Shown: positions 57,322-64,000 of the stretch, one piece after another | Layout of the letters: each line of letters starts with the position of its first letter | Position numbering within the stretch: the first letter of the stretch is position 1 | NCBI GenBank assembly: GCA_964016885.1 | Contig: OZ024764.1 | Location: forward strand, 23,126,001 to 23,190,000 | Direction of reading: 5' to 3' | Length of the DNA stretch: 64,000 nt | Source: Eledone cirrhosa | Lineage: Eukaryota | Translations under genes and position numbers: made by a program | Notes under the pieces: model-generated | What the model saw: the letters and a program-made list of their open reading frames with translations, nothing else | What the model was told of the DNA's origin: nothing | Database searches by the model: none

Positions 57322-58136
57322 AATACCGGAGGACATTGGCATTAAAGAGCACGTTACATCAGACATATCCTCAACATTAACCATTTCTAATGAAAGACAC
57401 TACCCATCATTTTCAAATAATTTTGAAAACACTCAACACTTTGAAGGGATTTAGTAATATAACTAAAGTTCTCAGTATTAAGCTGCTATTTGGAACATAA
57501 CTTTGCACAATTTCATGAAGTTATAATGGAAAGTTTTTAGATAAATATAAAGACTGGTATGAAAAGGATAAAACACTTTTATATCAGTTGTTTCATCAAC
57601 ACCATTATTTAAAGACTAAAGGAAGCTGTTATACAGAACAGATACAACCTTGTTTATATAAATCTATGGGAGAAATACTGTGAAATATTTCTTGTAAACT
57701 CAATAACACTTCTATTCTTTGCTGTCTGGAATATGTAGAAGATACAAAATAAAGCTGAAGAAATTTACACATGATTTTATAAGATCTTCATATATTGACA
57801 AAGATGATAGTTGATGGAACTACAGGAGTAGAAATATTTCCATTATTACAGGAATAACTAATCAAATAAAAACCAGAAAAATTAGATTCTTCACTGTCTG
57901 GAATATGTACAAGATGATTTTATATGTATATTAAACTTGAAGAGATCTACTAAACAGTTTCTATCATCTTTAAATATAAAGAAAGACCAAAGTTGATGGA
58001 AATATATCTGGAGGAATATATTTTAGGAATAATATTATAAACATAAAGAAGAAAAATATCCATATATTGCGAGGAGAAAAATATTAAAACTGTGAATTAT
58101 GTGAGAAACTGAGGTGATTGATATCTTCTATGAGAT
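57322..58136 (+). pseudogene. Decayed N-terminal coding region in the leader of ZNF-4
   Basis: Near-identical to 24559-25375 with largely the same disablements. Confidence 0.65.
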
Positions 58137-59336
58137 ATGTCGAAAAATATAGTAAAATCACCATTCCACTGTGATGTCTGTGGTAAATCATTCTCTAAAA
58201 ATACTAAATTAACTAGACACAAACGTATTCATACAGGAGAGAAACTATATCAGTGTGATATCTGTGATAAGTCATTTTCTCAAACTTATACCTTAACTAT
58301 TCATAAGTGTATTGGTACAGGAGAGAAACCATATCACTGTGGTATATGTAGTAAATCATTCTCTTACAGAAGTATCTTTGTTAAACACCAACGTATTCAT
58401 ACAGGAGAGAAACCATATCACTGTGATATCTGTGGTAAATCATTCAGTCAGAGTAGTACCTTAACTACTCACAAACGTATTCATACAGGAGAGAACCCAT
58501 ATCACTGTGATATCTGTGGTAAATCGTTCAGTCAGAGTAGTACCTTAACTACTCACAAATGTATTCATACAGGCGAGAACCTATATCACTGTGATATCTG
58601 TGGTAAATCATTCTCTGGCAGTAGTCACCTAATTACTCACAAACGTATTCATACAGGAGAAAAGCCATATCGCTGTGATATCTGTGGTAAATCATTCTCT
58701 GATAGTAGTCACCTAATTACTCACAAACGTATTCATACGGGAGAGAAGCCATATCACTGTGACATCTGTGGTAAATCATTCAGTCACAGTAGTACCTTAA
58801 CTACTCACAAACGTATTCATACAGGAGAGAAGCCATACCACTGTGACATCTGTGATAAATCCTTCTCTCATAATAGTGGCCTAACTACTCACAAATGTAT
58901 TCATACAAGAGAGAAGACATATCACTGTGACATCTGTGGTAAATCATTCAGTCACAGTAGTACCTTAACTACTCACAAACGTATTCATACAGGGGAGAAG
59001 CCATATCACTGTGATATCTGTGGTAAATCATTCATTCGCAGTAATACCTTAACTAATCACCAACGTGTTCATACAGGAGAGAAGCCATACCACTGTGATA
59101 TTTGTGGTAAATCATTCAGTCACAGTAGTACCTTAACTACTCACAAACGTATTCATACAGGAGAGAAGCCATATCATTGTGACATCTGTGGTAAATCATT
59201 CGCTGACAGAAGTAGCTTAGCTAACCACAAACGTACTCATACAGGAGAGAAGCCATATCACTGTGACATCTGTGGTAAATCATTCTCTCTTAGAGGTAAC
59301 TTAACCAAACATGTGCGTATTCATACAAAAGTTTAG
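58137..59336 (+). CDS. C2H2 zinc-finger protein, 14 fingers, finger 2 lacking the second His (ZNF-4)
   Basis: 14 repeats of 28 aa; HKCIG in finger 2. Confidence 0.93.
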   Translation: MSKNIVKSPFHCDVCGKSFSKNTKLTRHKRIHTGEKLYQCDICDKSFSQTYTLTIHKCIGTGEKPYHCGICSKSFSYRSIFVKHQRIHTGEKPYHCDICGKSFSQSSTLTTHKRIHTGENPYHCDICGKSFSQSSTLTTHKCIHTGENLYHCDICGKSFSGSSHLITHKRIHTGEKPYRCDICGKSFSDSSHLITHKRIHTGEKPYHCDICGKSFSHSSTLTTHKRIHTGEKPYHCDICDKSFSHNSGLTTHKCIHTREKTYHCDICGKSFSHSSTLTTHKRIHTGEKPYHCDICGKSFIRSNTLTNHQRVHTGEKPYHCDICGKSFSHSSTLTTHKRIHTGEKPYHCDICGKSFADRSSLANHKRTHTGEKPYHCDICGKSFSLRGNLTKHVRIHTKV

Positions 59337-59692
59337 CTGTATCAATATCAAACTCATTACATCATACAACAACAACAACAATTGTGTAGATCCATCATCC
59401 TTGCTAAAACTGGGGTTAACCTTGTAGGTTTTACCTATGACAGGGATCATAAACACCAGGTTTCGATTTTTGAAGATTTTGTGTAAATTAAAGTTTTTCA
59501 CATTAAACTTTCATTTATTATACTTTAACAGGTAAGATATATATTTGTATTTTTGGTAAAGGTTGGGAACTTCTGTAATTTAAACATGCCAATAAAATGA
59601 AAACTTTTGTTGTTGCTAGTCTGACATTGATATTAATTCTATTGTCCTGTACATTGTCTCAAATATCACAGATTAAACAGATTTTAACTATA

Positions 59693-61375
59693 ACACTTTG
59701 CCATTCTTCTCTGCTAAAATGTACCACTAGAGTTGATTCAAATTTTCCCAGCCAGCCATCCACCTAATCTACGAAGGTATTTTAGCCTACATATTGTCGT
59801 TAATATTATGATGTTCCCTGCTGTATTAGCGTTAAATTTTCCCTGCTGTATTAGCGATAAATTTTCGAGGGTTTCTCTTAGTAGCTTTTTCATGTCGTTA
59901 ATATTATGATGTTCCCTGCTGTATTAGCGTTAAATTTTCCCTGCTGTATTAGCGATAAATTTTCGAGGGTTTCTCTTAGTAGCTTTTTCATGTCGTTAAT
60001 ATTATGATGTTCCCTGCTGTATTAGCGTTAAATTTTCCCTGCTGTATTAGCGATAAATTTTCGAGGGTTTCTCTTAGTAGCTTTTTTCATGACGTTATTA
60101 TTGTTAATTTTACTGATGTAGTATTAACTTATTAACTTGGATATTTACCATGCGGTATTCTAATCCTATTGTATCTCTCTCAGTTATTTACCATGCGACC
60201 CTCAGTTCCTACCCCCCCCCCCCTCTCTATGCACTTCTTTAAGGCTTACTACCCTGTCTTTAACCTAATTCATTCAATCTGAAAATATTGAAGAGATAAG
60301 ACACTTTGCCATTCTTCTCTGCTAAAATGTACCACTAGAGTTGATTCAAATTTTCCCAGCCAGCCATCCACCTAATCTACGAAGGTATTTTAGCCTACAT
60401 ATTGTCGTTAATATTATGATGTTCCCTGCTGTATTAGCGTTAAATTTTCCCTGCTGTATTAGCGATAAATTTTCGAGGGTTTCTCTTAGTAGCTTTTTCA
60501 TGTCGTTAATATTATGATGTTCCCTGCTGTATTAGCGTTAAATTTTCCCTGCTGTATTAGCGATAAATTTTCGAGGGTTTCTCTTAGTAGCTTTTTCATG
60601 TCGTTAATATTATGATGTTCCCTGCTGTATTAGCGTTAAATTTTCCCTGCTGTATTAGCGATAAATTTTCGAGGGTTTCTCTTAGTAGCTTTTTTCATGA
60701 CGTTATTATTGTTAATTTTACTGATGTAGTATTAACTTATTAACTTGGATATTTACCATGCGGTATTCTAATCCTATTGTATCTCTCTCAGTTATTTACC
60801 ATGCGACCCTCAGTTCCTACCCCCCCCCTCTCTATGCACTTCTTTAAGGCTTACTACCCTGTCTTTAACCTAATTCATTCAATCTGAAAATATTGAAGAG
60901 ATAAGACACTTTGCCATTCTTCTCTGCTAAAATGTACCACTAGAGTTGATTCAAATTTTCCCAGCCAGCCATCCACCTAATCTACGAAGGTATTTTAGCC
61001 TACATATTGTCGTTAATATTATGATGTTCCCTGCTGTATTAGCGTTAAATTTTCCCTGCTGTATTAGCGATAAATTTTCGAGGGTTTCTCTTAGTAGCTT
61101 TTTCATGTCGTTAATATTATGATGTTCCCTGCTGTATTAGCGTTAAATTTTCCCTGCTGTATTAGCGATAAATTTTCGAGGGTTTCTCTTAGTAGCTTTT
61201 TCATGTCGTTAATATTATGATGTTCCCTGCTGTATTAGCGTTAAATTTTCCCTGCTGTATTAGCGATAAATTTTCGAGGGTTTCTCTTAGTAGCTTTTTT
61301 CATGACGTTATTATTGTTAATTTTACTGATGTAGTATTAACTTGGATATTTACCATGCGACCCTCAGTTCCTACC
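59693..61375 (+). repeat. Nested tandem repeat 5' of the RTE LINE: ~606 bp x ~2.8, each with 3 x 98 bp, each with 2 x 25 bp
   Basis: acactttgccattc at 59693, 60301, 60906; tgtcgttaatattatg at 59795, 59893, 59991. Confidence 0.92.
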
Positions 61376-61618
61376 TCACAATTTCCCTCCCCCCCACCCC
61401 CACTCACCACCATAGTCTATTCGACCAATCAAACCTAGCATGCCATTTCCACTGCTGCTGCTGCTACTACCTGCCTAACTAACTCTCTCCTCCTCTGGCG
61501 CATCCCAACACACCCTGCCATTACCCCACCACCACTGTCCTTCTAGCCCTCAATTTTCCCACCGTTATGGATGGATGAGCTGGGAATACACGAGCAACTC
61601 TGAATCAATAGATGAAAT

Positions 61619-64000
61619 ATGAATCTGCGAGCTACCAAGCACCCACGTGAAGCGCCAACCCAGAGACCCTCCCCTACGAGTGTCGACAAATGCCCAAAAC
61701 TCCGAGTTGGTACCATCAATGTAGGCTCAATGAAAGGAAGAGCAGGAGAAATCGTAGAAATGCTAGAGCGAAAGGAAGTTGATGTATGCTGTGTGCAAGA
61801 GACTAGATGGAGAGGAGGGTCTGCTAGAGTCCTTGTAGGAAAAAGCCAGTGCTACAAATTTTTCTGGGTGGGAAATGACGATGGGATGGGTGGTGTAGGT
61901 ATACTATTAGCTGACAAGTGGGTAGATAAAGTAATCTCAGTGTACAGGGTAAATGCAAGAATCATTAAACTCAGACTAGTCCTGAATAAGACAATTACCA
62001 CAATAATATCAGCTTACGCACCCCAATCGGGGCTGCCAGACGAACTTAAGGATAGGTTTTACGAGTCCCTAATACACACTACTGCTCTAACAGACGACAA
62101 GGACTTCCTAATCATTGCAGGAGATTTTAACGGACACGTAGGTAAACACTGCGACGGCTTCAATAGAGTACATGGAGGCCATGGAGTTGGCACAAGGAAT
62201 GAGGAAGGATTCAGACTTCTAGAATTCTGCGACGCCAATGACATGTCGATATGTAACACAAACTTTAAAAAACCCGACAACCACCTGATCACCTATAGAT
62301 CAGGGGAGCACTCTAGTCAGTTAGATTTTATCCTCATCAGAGGACGTGACAGATGGACGGTCGTAAACACAAAAGCCTTCCCTAGTGAGGAATGTACATC
62401 CCAACATAGCTTAGTTGTCAGCGACCTCACGGTCAGAACTAGACGAGCCCTGAAACAGAGGCCAACCTGGAGAAGAAAGATCTGGAAGCTGAAAGTCCCC
62501 TCAACCAGTAACAGATTTAAAGATATTTTACTCAACGCCTACGACAGTAAAGAAGAACAGATAGAGACATTTAACGTAGAAGAGAACTGGGAGTTCCTAA
62601 AAAATAACTTACTAGAGGCGACGGATGAGGTTTGTGGCTGGAGTAAGACCTCAAGCAGGAGGAGAGTGACTTGGTGGTGGAACAATAAGGTAGATGAAGC
62701 AGTCAAGGCCAAGAGACAGGCATGGAAAGAATGGAAGAACGGGGGGAGCAGGGTACATTACATAGAGACCAAGAGGGAAGCTAGGCGACAAGTATACTTA
62801 GCTAGGAGGGAAGCAGAGGATAGAAAATTCAAGCATGTTTTACAACGTGAGGACCAGAAACAGGAGGTATTCAAGATTGCGAGGCAGTGTGTCAGAGATA
62901 GTTGTGATGTCATTGGAGAGAAGTGTATCCGGAATGATAAAGGTGAGCTTGCCCTCACAAGTGCTGAGAAGAAAGATGCATGGAAGAGTCATTATGATAG
63001 ATTACTAAATGAGGAGAATGCATGGGAAGAAGAGACCCTACCCCACGTAGACCCTATAGAGGGACCAGCAGTACAAGTCAGCGGCAGCGTAGTAAGTAAG
63101 GCAATCAGAGATATGAAGATAGGGAAGGCAACCGGTCCATCGGGTATAGCTGCCGAGATGCTGAAGGCATCTGGGTCTGTAGGTCACACTATAACCACAC
63201 GTATCGTTAACCAGGTAATACTAGAGGGGGCCATACCAAAAGATTGGTGCAGTAGCATCATTGTCAACTGCTACAAAGGTAAAGGCGATGCACTAGATAG
63301 AGGAAACTATAGAGGTATAAAGTTGATGGACCAGGTCATGAAAGTAACAGAAAGAGTTATAGCACAGCTGATTAGGGACCGGGTGAATATAGACGAGATG
63401 CAATTTGGGTTTGTTCCAGGGAAAGGCACCACTGATGCGCTCTTCCTTGTGAGGCAATTACAGGAAAAGTACCTAGCTAAAAGTAAGCCACTCTACTTGG
63501 CATTTGTCGACCTTGAGAAAGCCTTTGACAGAGTTCCACGTGCAGTAATCTGGTGGGCTCTTAGAAAACTAGGAGTAGATGAATGGCTTGTGAAAGCGGT
63601 ACAAGCCATGTATAGGGGAGCAGTCAGCAAAGTTAGGATTGGCAATGAGTATAGCGAGGAATTTAGCGTACAGGTTGGGGTCCACCAGGGCTCTGTTCTT
63701 AGCCCTCTCCTGTTCATCATAGTCCTGCAGGCAATAACGGAGGAGTTTAAGACCGGATGCCCATGGGAACTCCTGTATGCTGATGACCTCGCACTCATAG
63801 CTGAATCTATGGTAGAACTAGAGAATAAATTCCAAACCTGGAAGCAGGGACTAGAGAGAAAGGGCCTCAAAGTCAACATGACAAAGACTAAGGTCCTTAT
63901 AAGTAGACGAGAAAACAGAACCCAGATCCCCTCAGGGAAATGGCCTTGCTCAGTATGTAGGAAAGGTGTAGGTAGGAACTCCATTCTCTGCCCCAAATGC
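61619..64000 (+). CDS. RTE-clade LINE polyprotein (APE endonuclease + RT + start of Cys finger), uninterrupted, runs off the window
   Basis: Hand-translated 794 codons with no stop: GTINV, VQETRW, SAYAPQ, GDFNGHVG, QLDFIL, SQHSLV, TWWWN, FVDLEKAFD, HQGSVLSP, YADD. Confidence 0.92.
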   Translation, partial: MNLRATKHPREAPTQRPSPTSVDKCPKLRVGTINVGSMKGRAGEIVEMLERKEVDVCCVQETRWRGGSARVLVGKSQCYKFFWVGNDDGMGGVGILLADKWVDKVISVYRVNARIIKLRLVLNKTITTIISAYAPQSGLPDELKDRFYESLIHTTALTDDKDFLIIAGDFNGHVGKHCDGFNRVHGGHGVGTRNEEGFRLLEFCDANDMSICNTNFKKPDNHLITYRSGEHSSQLDFILIRGRDRWTVVNTKAFPSEECTSQHSLVVSDLTVRTRRALKQRPTWRRKIWKLKVPSTSNRFKDILLNAYDSKEEQIETFNVEENWEFLKNNLLEATDEVCGWSKTSSRRRVTWWWNNKVDEAVKAKRQAWKEWKNGGSRVHYIETKREARRQVYLARREAEDRKFKHVLQREDQKQEVFKIARQCVRDSCDVIGEKCIRNDKGELALTSAEKKDAWKSHYDRLLNEENAWEEETLPHVDPIEGPAVQVSGSVVSKAIRDMKIGKATGPSGIAAEMLKASGSVGHTITTRIVNQVILEGAIPKDWCSSIIVNCYKGKGDALDRGNYRGIKLMDQVMKVTERVIAQLIRDRVNIDEMQFGFVPGKGTTDALFLVRQLQEKYLAKSKPLYLAFVDLEKAFDRVPRAVIWWALRKLGVDEWLVKAVQAMYRGAVSKVRIGNEYSEEFSVQVGVHQGSVLSPLLFIIVLQAITEEFKTGCPWELLYADDLALIAESMVELENKFQTWKQGLERKGLKVNMTKTKVLISRRENRTQIPSGKWPCSVCRKGVGRNSILCPKC

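Noticed and set aside
59693-61375. CRISPR-like reading of the regular repeats (also the 39- and 80-bp arrays)
   Set aside because: No unique spacers, no cas genes, eukaryotic context

Overview
AT-rich animal genomic DNA, most likely from an octopod cephalopod. This is inferred from the C2H2 finger consensus ([11 protein letters not shown]...[10 protein letters not shown]), the SINE/RTE families, and a decayed leader resembling octopus ZNF N-termini as I recall them; it is not verified by search. The window is a head-to-tail array of ~14-19 kb duplicated units. Each unit carries one poly-C2H2 zinc-finger ORF (12, 10, 12 and 14 fingers at 10159, 25376, 39277, 58137), and the tail of a fifth unit sits at the left edge. 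The common unit plan is: candidate NRF1/ETS/E-box promoter and non-coding exon 1, a TE-filled intron, a 39-bp minisatellite, an acceptor, a pseudogenised N-terminal coding region, an intact finger array, a 3' UTR with poly(A) signal, an 80-bp minisatellite and an older one-finger ZNF relic. Flanks and dead TEs are close to identical between units, while the finger arrays are shuffled and differ at DNA-contact residues. Mobile DNA includes Buster-type hAT copies with an 8-bp TSD, a Tigger/pogo element, non-autonomous Helitrons, CR1, CRE-like and many RTE-clade LINE pieces, and tRNA SINEs. An apparently intact RTE LINE (ORF 61619 to window end, missing from the ORF track) is preceded by a three-level nested tandem repeat. 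All comparisons were made by eye.
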